A DNA stretch of 63,984 nt, the filler included, from Streblomastix strix (lineage: Eukaryota), in assembly GCA_008636045.1 (NCBI GenBank). It is 3 parts of 3 records of this genome, joined end to end, with 100 filler letters (N's around TTAATTAATTAA, not from the genome) between each part and the next. Parts side by side here need not be neighbours in the genome. Positions count along the whole stretch, not along the records: positions 21,381 to 42,647 come from SNRW01000384.1; 2 more parts are not named here. One strand, given 5' to 3'. Shown in pieces: positions 27,515 to 41,500 of the stretch. Made by a program: the position numbers and the translations under genes. The first letter of the stretch is position 1, and every line of letters starts with the position of its first letter. The notes beneath the pieces are model-generated. The model did no database searches. It saw only the letters and a list, made by a program, of their open reading frames with translations, and had not been told where the DNA came from.

Positions 27515-28292
27515 TAAGACCATCTACATTCGATAAACTGAAAACGAAAGATATCGCAAAAGAGATGACAAATATGAACAAAAGACTGACATCAAATGAA
27601 GTTATGAAAGGACCAAAAAGAGCCAACAGCAAAAGTGGTAAGCAAAGGAAAAGAAGGAAATTTCAGGGACCAATACGATTCATATTTAGTTGGAGTTGAT
27701 AGATGGGGAACATCATAAGCATCATTGGGAATACCACTTGATTGGCCTTAGATATGTGGTGCTCGTGTTGTGGTTGAGACTGGACTTCCAGACTTCAACA
27801 TTGATCCATCACTTGGAACACACTTCATGCATAATGTTATTTGGACTTCGGATTCCTTTCTTGTTTGTACCTCAGATGTCTGCGAAATCAGACAATACTG
27901 AGAATCTGAATATAAATGATCCATTGATGGATTGGAAATAGGATTGAAAAATAGGAGATAATTGAATAAGGATAATATGTTGTATGGTGCCATACAAAGA
28001 AGCCATTGAGTGTTATTGTTGATGGAACTGCCAGAACTGGTGTTATTCTGAAAGGAGAATCAAAAGATGGTCAAAAACAAACACAAAAATGAACCATTAA
28101 AAGAAAATGAGAAAAGTAAATTATTTCTGAGTTCTATCAAAGAAGAAGAATATTTGCTGTTATTGATTAATAAGTAAAAGAAGACAATAACACCAACGTC
28201 ATCGATGAAGAAGATGAAGATGAATAAGAACAATCAAGTGAGTTTGGACCAAGTGAAACAGAAAGCAGTGAGAGTTCAGAAGAAGAAATTTT
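27515..28292 (+). pseudogene. C-terminal fragment of the PEP/pyruvate-binding (PPDK_N family) protein, copy 2
   Basis: TFDKLKTKDIAKEMTNMNKRL...VGVDRWGTSQASLGIPLDWPQICGARVVVETGLPDFNIDPSLGTHFMHN. Direct repeat of 25073-25767. Confidence 0.75.
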
Positions 28293-28487
28293 ATTCAGCT
28301 CAATAAAATATATATAAAAAGCTATTTTATTTGTTTAAATAATTTATTATACTATATACATTTGAATTAAAATAAAACATAAAATATAGTTACATATGAA
28401 TTAAAATAAGACAAAATATTGTTACATATGTTATATACATAAATTGAAGTGAATCCGAAGACGAGTTTCAGCCGAATCTGTTTTTTT

Positions 28488-30406
28488 TCAATCTGGTATG
28501 ACAAAGCCACCAGACTCAATCTCGGCTCTGTTGACTGGATAATATAAATCATAATCAAAATAGTAAGATATATATTATTTATCATATTCATTCATTCACT
28601 CATATAAATCATACTACCATTCTGTGCTAAACCTCTAAGTGCATATTTAGCTGATTTCTTTGTCCAATCATCAGTATCATAAACAAGATTCTTCAGATGT
28701 CTAATTATTTCATCACGCATCTGTTTATCATTTATTTCTCTCGCTCTGAATAAGAAGCCAATACAGAAGGCGGCACTATCCTATGAATATTTACTTCCAT
28801 TCTTTCTGAACAATTTCATAATCTTTACAATTCCTCCACATCCATTTATGGTCTAATAATGAGGATGATGGGAATTATCGGGTGTTGTGTTGGTTCCTCC
28901 TAAGAGAATATTCAGGATTGATTAAATTCCATCACATGCAACATCATCATCTGTGTGATCTAACAATCGTAACAGACCAGGAAAAGGCTTCTTAGAATAT
29001 ATGAGTAATTTGATCTCATCACTGGAAGTATGAGTTATCACTCCAAATGCAGATGAAATATTTCTGGGTATTTCATTCATTTCTCTTTTCTCCATAATCA
29101 ACAGAAATCCTTCAATTACTGGCGATTATATTATTCTTCTTCTTCCTTCATCATCTTCTTTACCTTCAAATGTTCTGATTATTAATTAAGAATCTTCATT
29201 TTATGTTTCAATTATCTTCTTCTTCTTTTCTTAAGTTCCTTCCAAAGGAATCATCAAATCTTCTCCAATTTTCTTTAGTACTTACATCGGAATCTGATAT
29301 TTCATTATATCTATAATTAGATTATTTTTCTCCAATTCTTAATTCTTTCTTTATAATTTTTGTACTTCCCTTTTTTAATCTTCATTAGATCTTTTTAGTT
29401 CTACAATTTCTTTTGTCTTTTATTCATTTAATCTAATGTTCTCTTCATTTAATCTTTTCAATTCTTCATTCTATTTTTTCAATTCTTATATTTCATCAAT
29501 TGAACATGGACTAGTAACTCCTTAACAGGTTAGTAATGTCTCAATCATTTTAGCTTTCATTGATATTTTCTTCTTTTTCTCATCTTTATCTGATCCAACT
29601 TTATGAACAATAGATAACAATCCACTCATCTCAAATGCATTACATCCATTACTTATCAAATCTATTATTATACCAAGTATGTTGGAATGAACATGTTCTG
29701 GAAGAGATTCGTCACTCTGATGTGGAATATATATATATATATATATAAAAGAATAATAATATATTAAATTTAAATAAGAAAATCAAATATAATAATAAAT
29801 ACAAGTTCAATTCGGACTATCTCTAAGAATCCACTTCTAATAAGTGTTTATCGAAACTTCTCAGATTTCTTCACAATTATGCTCAGCCCATCACATCCTG
29901 ATTGTGATTTCTCTTCATCTCCGCTCTGAATAAAATAATAAATAAACGAAAGACTAGATATAATTAACAAGATATACTTTGAGCATTGCAATAAGAGGAC
30001 TTAAATAGAGATCATAAGATGAACTTCCACTATCTTCATCTGAATACAAAACAATATTATAAATATTAGTGAGGAATAAGTATATAAGAATATATTAAAA
30101 TAAGTACCTTAAAGTGCGATGGAAACGAGTCGTTCTGTGATGTGAGCTCGCATTTAAGGATCATCAGACAGAAGGCCATTAACAAGGACAGGAATTTCTG
30201 CAAACTGTGAGAGAAAATCAATTAATAATTATATTAAATGAAGCTTTATATGAAAATAAATTGTGGCGCACATTCGCTCTTTCATAGTGTGAGTCATTTG
30301 GACTGGGAGTACGAATTGTTTCTGACTGCTGTTTTGAAATTTCTTTTACATCTAGCCCTGTTGCGTCCGCCATAACATTGAAGGACTAGCTTTGAGTATT
30401 CATCAT
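28488..30406 (-). CDS. ARM-like host protein (multi-exon, expanded family)
   Basis: MMNTQSQSFNV..., GT-AG introns, FAEIPVLVNGLLSDDPQMRAH, KKPFPGLLRLLDHTDDDVACDG, SAAFCIGFLFRAREI, last exon NRAEIESGGFVIPD-TGA. Confidence 0.8.
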
Positions 30407-30899
30407 TCAGAATAATTCTGTTTTTAATAAAAATATAGAAATAAAATTTGAAATAATAAAAGAAGATTGAAAAAATTGGAAGGGAAAAAAATTTAAATGT
30501 TTTTCCAAGCTATTTGTGAATATACTGTGTATCGAAGAATAATTTCAATAAGAATTTAAGAGAGAATTGCTATTAGCGTACAAAAATAATGTAATCATTT
30601 ATCAGGCAATATTCTTAGCGTGATTAATGAGGTTTAAATATTGGAAAAATAAAATGCTAATTATTTGGTATATAAAATTTAAATTATTTCTCAATTGATA
30701 ATTTTATTGTGTTAAGTTTTTGTAGAATAAAGAAATATAAATAAGAATAGTGCAAGATATGCTGAACTGCCGCAAAATCGAGTGGAAGTTTTAACTGAAA
30801 ATAATTTCTGTATAGGCCAGATCAAAAAATAAAAAATCTTTTAAATGTAACCATTTCATCTCGATTTAATTATTAAATTACTTCTATTTAATTTAAATT

Positions 30900-33800
30900 T
30901 CTTATATATCTAATTGTCTGTAGTTGTAGATCTAATATTTTTCAGTTTCTTCTTTTATCTTGATTAATCCAGGAGATAATGCAAAACTTAGAGTGCTGTT
31001 GGAGAAATCTTATCGCATCTCAGATACTGATTGTTATGAATCAGGATATGAAGATTGCATATTTGCTTTTGGATTCTGGATCTGATCAGGAACAGACAAT
31101 GATGTTGGCAATGCGATTGATATTTGAGATGGAACTTTAGCTTATGGAGAGAAAGGAATTTGATGGATGTCTTTGATTGGTGATACAACTGATTCAATCA
31201 TATTTTGATTAATATTTAGTGATTATTTGGATTTCACAGATATAATTTAATTGTCTATTTTATCACTGTTTTATTAACTTTCTTCTTCATCATCCTCATA
31301 ATCATCATCTTCATTCAAATATGCCAAATATCCTAATCCATTATAATTCACATAATTCTCGAATATATCTGAACAAAGAACAATTGATCTTGGAAGTCTA
31401 ACAGTGCATCCTTAAAAGTAATGTTTCCGAACAGCTAATAATCTCTCTAAGAAAAGAACTCCTCGAGCTTTACCACCAAGTGAACCTTTTCCAATTTTAA
31501 GGAAGAAATTTGCTTCTTTCTGAACAATTTCTTTCTTGAATGATCGAGCAACACCCATTGTGTGTCTTGTACGATAGTGTCTATATGCTTCTTATAAGAA
31601 AACTCTCATCCTTTTCACTGATTCTAATAGAGTTTGATTTGAAATTGAACTTATTTGTTGTTAGTTGGGATTCAATTAGGTTTACTACTATTATTATATT
31701 TAGCTCTATTATTGATTTATCTGATCTTAGTTCATATTATCATAAAAAATACTCGCCTGTGCATCAACTGATCTCAGAAGGAAAGCTAATCCGACTTCTC
31801 CTTTTGCATACAACCAATTAGAGAAATCATTTCTGTATGAATGATATGCAACTGATTCTGTAGGAACATTCATAATAGCATCAAATAACTCATCCATTGT
31901 TTATGCTCTTAAATGAATTCCTTCTTTTGAAGATGACAATAGACCACATAAAGATCGAGTGATAACTGCTTTTGATCTCACAAAATGATTGGCAATTTGT
32001 TTCTCATCCTTTTTCTCAATTATTTGTTCGTCTAATTTCAATCTTTCTTCTTTTGATTTCATGATCTTTCTGAATATGAATTGCCCCATACCTACATTCT
32101 CATCAATGAACAAAGAAATAACAAATTTTACATAATTGTCAATTTGTGTTGTTTGTAGCTGGGATTGCTTTGTTTGTGATGTTTGATACTATTACAACTA
32201 TGATTGCGAAAATTATGAGTGGAATAACTGTGATTATGATTATTAGTTCGGATAATTGAAATTGAAAGATGAATATGAATCAGTTTACTGCAATGAGAAG
32301 TTCTGTGAATATGAAGGAGCAAGTCTCGCAAAAGATTGTATAGATTCATTCCATTATAACGGATGTGCATTCAAAGATATCACAGATGGCTGTTTTAATA
32401 TTGGTAACTGTGCTTTTGATTGACTTGGTGTTTATAATTATGCTTGTGATAATGATCTTGGAGTTGATATTGAATCTGTTTCTAGATCAGCATTATCATC
32501 CAATCGCATTTAGATCTTCATTTGAACATATTTAAGAAGTTCTTTCATATTAATTTATTTTTCTTTTGATGGAGAAATTAAATTAGTTTTTGATTAATTT
32601 TTGGTTTTTTCAATTTCTTTTAACTTTTATTACTTAATCAATTCTTTTATTCTTGAAATATCTTTTTCTGTTTCATTTTTCACCAATTAATTCATTTTCT
32701 TATTATCTTTGCAAATCCAATTGATTCCCATAGGCAACAAATCCTGTATTAATGAATTCACTTCTTTTTCAGCTGTGTATTTGCTTGATCGATTCCATTG
32801 TTCAATAACTGTCAATTACGAAGATCCACCAACATTTGATGATTATTTCAACTTGTTTGATTATTTCTCATTGATTTTATTCAGAGCTTTTAAGAAGAAA
32901 TTTGGTGGAATTGGTGTCTTGTCAGATTGTGTTAAGAAAAGAGTACCTCCTTTGTTACCAATAATTTGTTTCAATTCCCATCCAGCATTTTTACGAATCA
33001 TTTTATTTACGAGTTGATTTTCTTTGCTGTTTCCAAGCTGATACAAACCTGTGATTGTCTTTAATACTTTCTTCTTCTTTTATTCTTATGAAGCAACTTT
33101 GTCTTATTGCGATTTCTAAATATCTTTATCAGATAATATTTGTTCTAACTTATTCTCGATAATGTTTGTTGATTTCAGAATACTTTATGTTGAATTCTTC
33201 TGATCACTGCATATAATATCAATATCGCATATAAGTCCAATAATATCATCTTTATATCTATGCACTATAGAAAGTGCTTCTTCAAATGTATGAACATGAA
33301 TTACTTTAAGTCTCGCTGCTTTATTGAACAATCGATGCTAACTATTCACTCCTGAATTTCCATATGACTGAAGAATAAGATATATAAATGGTAGAATCTA
33401 CGAATAGTAAACAGCATCATTCTCAACGTATAATATAACTCCAACTCCCAATCGAGTGTCTTCATTCACATTTCTTGCATCTTCAACCATCATCATCAAT
33501 GTAGAGAATAGTGATCCTTCACCTGACCATTTCCACGGATTAGAAATAACTAATGGTCCAACTATCGCTGAATGTGATTCATATGGTTTAATTGGATCTG
33601 TCATTTGCGATGAATGTAATTGTGTAAGTGAATTCGAGCTTCCCAACTTTTATGAGGATTTATGCGTGTTTGTTGCGTTTAAATTCACACTTTCAGGTAA
33701 AAGTGTTGTGCATAATGGGAAAAGTGGAACATCTGGTCCTGCTGCTTTTCGAAGTGAATGAACTAATTTACTCATTTTCGCATCATTGAATTAAGTAAGT

Positions 33801-34156
33801 GTTATTATCAGATCATATTTACGTTTCTTGTTTTTCTCAAGTGAACGGATGTTCTCCAATGCTCGAACAAGTGTTGATACTCTTGTTATAAATGGTGCGC
33901 TTTGAAACATTGAATCGATGCTGCTCATCCCACGAACTTTTAATTAACTACTTGATTGATATGATGAATCACTAGCATCATCTTCCATCAGAAACAATTC
34001 ATATGGAGATGCAACAAGTAAAATCTTTGTTGCTCGGAATTGCATTAGATTCGCTGGATTACCTTCTGCATCAGAATGACTAAGCAAGTTCCAACCGATG
34101 GGCGTGGTCCAAACAATGTCTTCAACAAGCTTCTACAACTAAGAATATTTGTCCAT
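30900..34156 (-). CDS. N-terminal ~1000 aa of a bacterial-type PEP/pyruvate-binding (PPDK_N / PEP-synthase-like) protein; intronless, 3'-truncated
   Basis: One table-6 frame from ATG 34156 carries NLMQFRATKILLVASPYELFLMEDD, WKWSGEGSLF...VEDARN, VILYVENDAVYYS, ENVGMGQFIFR, YHSYRNDFSNWL and KIGKGSLGGKARG...LPRSIVLCSDIFE. The frame stays open to TGA ~30602, but similarity ends earlier. Confidence 0.8.
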
Positions 34157-37100
34157 TTCTAGAAAAATATAGTTTAATAATAATTTATAAACAATCGATG
34201 AAAAAATGCTGAGATTCTTAATTTTAAGTTTATCATTGAATAAATGCATTTAAATATCTAATTATTGACCTATTTAAAATTTAATGAATTGAAACGAAAA
34301 TTTTATATTTAGTAATATTATCATAAATATTAAAATAATATTAGAACATTAGCGATATGAGTTTTTATGTTAATGAAATTCAGCGGTTATTTATGATGTA
34401 AATTCAGTTTTTAAAATAAAATTTTATATAAAAATGATATTTTAATATACATCTAGTAAAATATGAATATAAGAAAACAAACATTATTGTTCAAATGTAT
34501 ATAAATCTTGTTTTCAAAATAAAATGTTGAAGATAATATTAATATTATAATATATATATAATTTAATAAATAGATTATCATTTATAGTAAATAAAACATT
34601 TTTTAATAAAAAAATATTTAGCGAAAGATGAATAAATTGAGTTCTAATTCTAAATCTAGTCATAAGTTTTTTTCATTTTCTCTAAATCCAATTGAAAACA
34701 TGATCGATTCTTTTAATTATATATGAATATAACAGAAAATTAGAGAAAGACAATGATTCTACTCAACAAAGCAGTTACAAAAATTCAAATTAATTTTTTT
34801 TAAGGATTATAATAGTACTCTTCAAAGTCAACTTTAATGGTTGATTTATCTTGAATACTTAAAGATATTCCTTTAATTGAACCTCAGATTGATTTAATCA
34901 ATGAGTTAGACAATAAGAAAAAGCAAAAAACAAATGATAAAAACATACTGATTAATCCGATTGCTCAATAAGAGGACCAGCAGAGAACATGACTAAGTGT
35001 GCATAGAATGAACATAATGTGGACAGGAAGAAAGTCAACAAGAGCCATTCACCATAAACAAAATAAATATAAATATTTAAGTCAAAATAAATAACTATAT
35101 ATTAAACAAAGATGTTCACATTTGGGACAAAAAGCTTAAAGATAATTTTTAAAAATATTAATTGAAGAAATATTAAATCAAAGTTTTTAGTTGAAACTGA
35201 TTAAAATCTAATTTATAATTATTAAAATGCTAAATCTGATTTCAATAAAATTAAAATATTGTATTAATTTTATTAATTTAATTAAATAATTGCATAAGCA
35301 CTTGAAATTTGTTAAAAAAATGTTGTTCGAATATCTTGTCCGTATGTTCATTAGATTTCAATTCAATAATCAGCTTACTAATATATCAATACTGCATAAT
35401 GACAATTCAGGTAGATTAGTGGAGAAGATTGGATCCAGAAAATATACTATACATTGGATTCTGTGTTTGATTTACAAATTATTCAATAGATTTAGACAAT
35501 TTAACATAATTAATAAATATAATTTGAATTAATTTCATTTAAATTAAAGATCATTCAGTTAGACAAAGGTTAAGTTAACATAAACGGTAACGAAACTTCT
35601 AATTAATAAAAGTTCAATTTTTATAATTGATAATTTAGTATATTATTTCAAACATCTTCATTTTTAAAAGGATAAGAAATTAAGTATCAATTCGTTATAC
35701 AATGTGAATAAGATAATCTTATTGATATTTCATTGTCGATTTAGTTATATGCAAATAGAAATAATCATTTATATACTTTGAACATTTTACATATCCAATG
35801 AATATATTTATTTCCATTTCTTTCAAGCTTATTTCTAAACAAAATAAAAAAATTAATGTTTAATTTAGACAAATTTAATTCAATCTAAATATCTTCAATT
35901 TAAATATTTTACAAAAGTATAATTGACATTTTATAATTATTTCAGAATAAATCAGATTGATATTCGAATTTTATTTCTCAATTGTTATTCTGAATCTTTT
36001 CTAATTGGTGGTATAATGAATTAGATTAGTTTATTTCGTTTATGTTTTGAATCTTTAAATGATACTATTTACGTAAAGTATTATTCATTTGCATGTTGTA
36101 ACTTATTGAATTATTGTAATGTTTCGGATGCAAAAAAACAAGTATTCAAATATGTTGGCATTATTGCAACAGCAATTGTGAAACTTAAAAAATTATGTAA
36201 AACATATTAGAAAAAAAAATAATTTTTCATAATTTATAATTAATTCAGATTGTCCTTAACACATTTTACACAAGATTAAAAATTTCTAAATATTTAAGTA
36301 TAAATTTTTTTAATTTTGTTCGAATATACAAAAAAATTCAAGTTGAGTGATCTTTATTGTTTGAAAAATAAATATCTGTATAGTTGATTAAATTGAGAAA
36401 ACTATTTTCAAAAATTTTTCAATTATTATTTATATTAGAATTAATATTTAATAAATAAATCAATTCAACACATTTTGGAATGATGAATAAAAATATTTCA
36501 AAATTTCTTTCAAAAATAAAGGTGAGAAGATAATATATATCCGCTTTAACTCGAATAAAACATAAATTTTATCGCAAATTGAGTATACTTACTTAATTAT
36601 ATTATATTAATTATTTAAATAATGATCAATCAAGCAAAACCGATAATAGAGTTATTCTCCATACGAATAATACATAACTTTATATATATATCAATTGCAT
36701 CCAATGTTAATTCGATAAAATATTTTAAATATTATGAAAAATTTTGAACTATTAAAGAATGTTCCAAATAAAACTTCGAACAATCATTGTTCCTTACGAA
36801 GCACTATTTGAAGAATAATGTTGATGGATCCAATGAATTAGACACAATTACACATTGTTATGCGACTAGTAATATTACATTTATTAACTTCAGTAATTTC
36901 TTTAATATAATGCAATATCTTCTTTTCATTTACCACGAAAAATCCATGAATAAAATTAAACCAAGATTTGATTATTTAAATACCCTACTTCATTATATCA
37001 AAGATGGCTGTAAATAATGTGTTTTGAAAATTATCCAAGTGGAGCGAAATATAAATAAACGCAGATGATACAATAAATATGATTCGGAATGAACTATTAA

Positions 37101-38539
37101 ATATTTAAGAACTAACTTAAATTTATATAAAATACAAAATTTACTTAAACATGGAATTGCAGTCAATTAAATAAACAAAAAAAATATGCATAATATGTTT
37201 GTTGAAACATACATATATAGATTTTAATTATATTTGTTCATTAATTGAATCATTACATCTATATCTATATGTCCAATTAAATAATCTTAAATTTTTCATG
37301 TCTGAAATTGTATCACATGTATTTTCAATTAATTTTCTTCGAAATAAGCAATGTTGTATATATATATTTAACTCACAAAATAGATTCATATCAGCGGGTT
37401 AATAACTCGTTAAAAAATGTAAAGATATATAGTTTACAACTAGTTGAATGATTTCATTAACTTTTTGCCTATAATATGCAACTTCTGCTACGACATAAAT
37501 GAAGTGATAATAGAAATTAAAATATATTTTCATTTAAAATCAAATTTAATAAAAACTAATATGTTATATAAATAAAAGCAATATAAGGAAAAAATAATAA
37601 ATAATTATTAAATATATGTCTTACACATGATATTGCGAAGTATTAGTATCAAAATAAAATATCTAATGAACTTAAATAAGACAGTCTGAATGCTAAAGTA
37701 AGCGAAATGAAGGTTTAGAGGTTAAGTATATATATTTATAAACTGCTTGATAAATTTATCTTCTAATGTTAGAATTTCATCACTAAAATATTTTTTTAAA
37801 ACACGAAAAAAATTTCGTTTCAGAAATATTTTCATTTTGATTTTCAAACCATTAGATGACATTGCAATAGAAAAATTTCATGATGGAAATCTATTAATTA
37901 AATTATACGTTACAAATATTGAATTTATGCTTTATTTTTGATATACCCAAAAATATTGTAGTTATTTTCCTTAGTTTCTGTTTAAATGTTCTGATTCATT
38001 TATATTTTAATTTTTAGGTCTAATTATAGATATTTTTTTCAGATATAATTATATTTTAAATCATTTGATTAAACTACTTTATTTTTTGAAAATTTATAGC
38101 TAAAAGCAAAATATTTCTAATTATAAAATTTTTATGAAAGTTTTTTATTGTAATATTCATAATTTATTTTATAAGTCATTATACTATTCTAAAAATTAAA
38201 TTAATTATATTGAAATTTGGCTTTTAATATTAAAGGTAAAATTTTCAATTAATGATTTTTTGAAAAGAATAGCGGTTGACTTTTATATATTTCATAATAT
38301 ATCATACATACATTTTCAATATAAATATATAGTGATCATATCAAATATCTCAATAACTGAAAAAGTACTAAGAAATTTATATAAAAATTTACAATTCTTT
38401 CTCAGGCACCAATCTGCCATACTCCAAAATCTCGCAAAAAAAAACATATTAATAATATTATCAATCCTATATAAAATCTGAATCGAACATTTCTTAGTTC
38501 TTAATAAAAGTTCGACGGATGGATATATTTCCTGGCCTG

Positions 38540-41500
38540 TAACGAGAAGGATTTTATAAAACTAAGAACCATTATGGAACAATATAAAACTCACAGGTTG
38601 CAGATTAGAACCTGTCAACCCCAGTAGACCCTCCAGATTTATCGATAAATATGAATTAACAACAATTCAAAGCTCATAGAGATTTCTGAGCATAGAGAAA
38701 TTATACATTAAGCTACTTAAGCTCAAATGCTGGTGGAGAACAACATAGAGGTTTTGTAGAGGGCATCCTAAATGTCTGTGTGCTCTTTGAGAAACATACT
38801 AGACATGAATACTTAACAATCAGCGAATGGAAAGCATTCTGGAGAGAAGTAGATACAGATCCATACTTAGATACAGTACGAATGGAGATGGACGAAGATG
38901 ATAACCACCACAATCGCCTTGACCACGATCATGATCATGACCATAATCATAGGTACTACAAAGAGTGAAATGACAGGATTGATTAATTAGACATGGGAAG
39001 AGGGAGGAAAAGAAGGAGAGTTATTTCAAGTAAGGGTTCAGGAAATGGATAGAATAATGATGATTGGGATGAAGGTCTTCATTGCAAAGTTAATAGACAA
39101 CATCTAAGAGAATTTAGAATTCAGTGCAAGAGACGAGAACAGGCTATTCCACCAATTTAATCAATTACTGGAGCACATATGTATATACCAACTATCCGAA
39201 CTGCACAAGAAGATCCATTCGTAGAATAAATGACTTCTCTCCAAACATCGACGAAGAGAGAATTGTTTCTTAGGCAAGTAATGAATCAATTAATTAAGAA
39301 TTGAACATCCTAATCGCAAACTTCCGAACAGTCCAACAATTACTTGTAAAATAAAAGAATTAAAAATAATCGAATTAGTAAGTGAACAAACTAATATAAT
39401 AATAGATTATCTAACTTCAAGAATTTAATAGAGAAATACGAATCCAACAACAGGATGTTATTATCAATAACACATAATTGAATGAATAACTTCTATAAAT
39501 TGAAGTTATAAATCCGGAGCATAATATCAAATAGAACTTAAAGGAAGCTCCAGAGACCGAACTATAGAATACAAATAACAAAGATCAATAACGTTCCAAA
39601 ACAGGGGCAACCCAAGCACCTTAAACAGAAGCTTCTGATAAATTATAAAATCTATAGGGAAATTGTTTTTAATGGTTCATACTATTTTTCTTGGACGTAC
39701 ATGCGGCTTCGAATCTATTTTATAATTATTGTTATTATATATATGTTGTTTGAATTGAAACATATAATTAAAAACCAATTTAAGAATAAAAATATTTTTT
39801 CTTTATGAAACAGGATCTAGCCCAAAATAATTGAAATTAAACCGCTCTATAAATTTAATGAGACGAAAACTGAAGTTTACAATCAGTAAAGTTAAACGAT
39901 TGAAAGCAAATATGGATATAATTTAGGAGGCAAGTCCGAAACTTAAATCATTGAAAATCAAATACAATTACGGAGCGACAGACACGTCAATTATTGGAGT
40001 TGGTGTAATAAGGCGGAAAAGTCTGCAAGGAACTATGTAAAGGCACAACAACAATCAAAATATCATTGGAAAAGGTAGATTCTTAAAATTAGGAGCCGAT
40101 TTTGAGCTAGACGTTTAAGAAGCAGTTCGTCGTGAACTAAGTTTCAAACATAGGATAAAACCAGCCGTAATTCTCAAACTGGTTTGTTTTATTATTTTCA
40201 TACGAATGCATTCAAATTTTTTTAGGCTAAATAATTGATTAATTCATCAAAGTACAATGATCGTTCGAAGCGTATGTTGACAGAAACTTGATATTTCAAT
40301 TTCTTTAAAAGGCACCCAGAATTCAAGAGAAACCGCGGCAAGGATGTTGACAGTAAACGCTATCATGCTTCAACAAAATCCAACATCAGACATTGGGTAC
40401 AATTAGTTCAAAAGCTTATCAATGATCTCGAAATTCCTGTTCAATTGATACTCAATTTAGACGAATCCGGAATATTGTCTTTTCGGAACGAATCGAAACC
40501 GCTATTAATTTAATTAGCTTATAATGAACAGAAATACAATATATAACCTACTCAACATATGATTATCACTTTTCTAATGACTGCCGCTGTGGACGGTGAA
40601 TCGTATCGATCACACTTTATTTTCCCTCTCAAAAATGTTCCGAATGATGACAAATCATTATCTTCTAAAGATAAATTTATATGAACAAAAAAAATATTTA
40701 ATGCATATATCTTTGAAGAAATAATTATTAAGTACATAATTAATAAAATAATAGCAAGAAGGAAGGAATTCGGCAAAAAAATCTACTCAACATGCACTGC
40801 TATTGCTTAATTCTCACTCGCCCAGGCAAAATCCAGCATTATGGAGAGCTAGTCAGAAAGCTAACATTGACGTCATTACCTTCTAAAGCCAAACGACGCA
40901 CATCTGCCAGCCATACGACTGTGGCGTGTTTAGAACGTTTAAAAAGGCGACACAAGTTTTCCCAAGGTTGCATATTCTAATTCACCAAGCCACACTATCT
41001 GAGACCTGTTCTCTCAATGAAAAATAGCAATGTCTATCCCTGTAATTGTCGCAATCATCATCATTCTTAATATAAATCAAATAAAATTAATAACCAGGTC
41101 AGAAATAATTCTCTTCGTTATAGATCTTAGCAACTAATTCATTAGAGATGTACAACAATCAAAATTCATCCAAATTGATTGAACAGCTAATCGTCAACCA
41201 ATACTCTCACCAGATCCTAAAAAACATGTTGAAGTCAATATATATTCAGGCGAACAAATCTAATACACCAATAAAATAGATCAGAATGGAAAATTTCAAA
41301 ATTTGATGAATGGAACGGTGAATATATTCTAAAATAGCTCAAATGAAGATGAAACAACGAGTTTATGTATGGATGTACTTAATATACTCCCACTCGAAGA
41401 TCAAAAGAAAGTGAAAGGAGGTTCTAGACCATAAAATGATTAATAGCCTTTCTCGCTTCCTAGATATAGAGGAGATTAGCTGAACAGAATAACAACGGAG

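Noticed and set aside
34650..37100. Coding-like decayed plus-strand sequence
   Set aside because: It has frequent TGAs and frameshifts and no motif I can identify.
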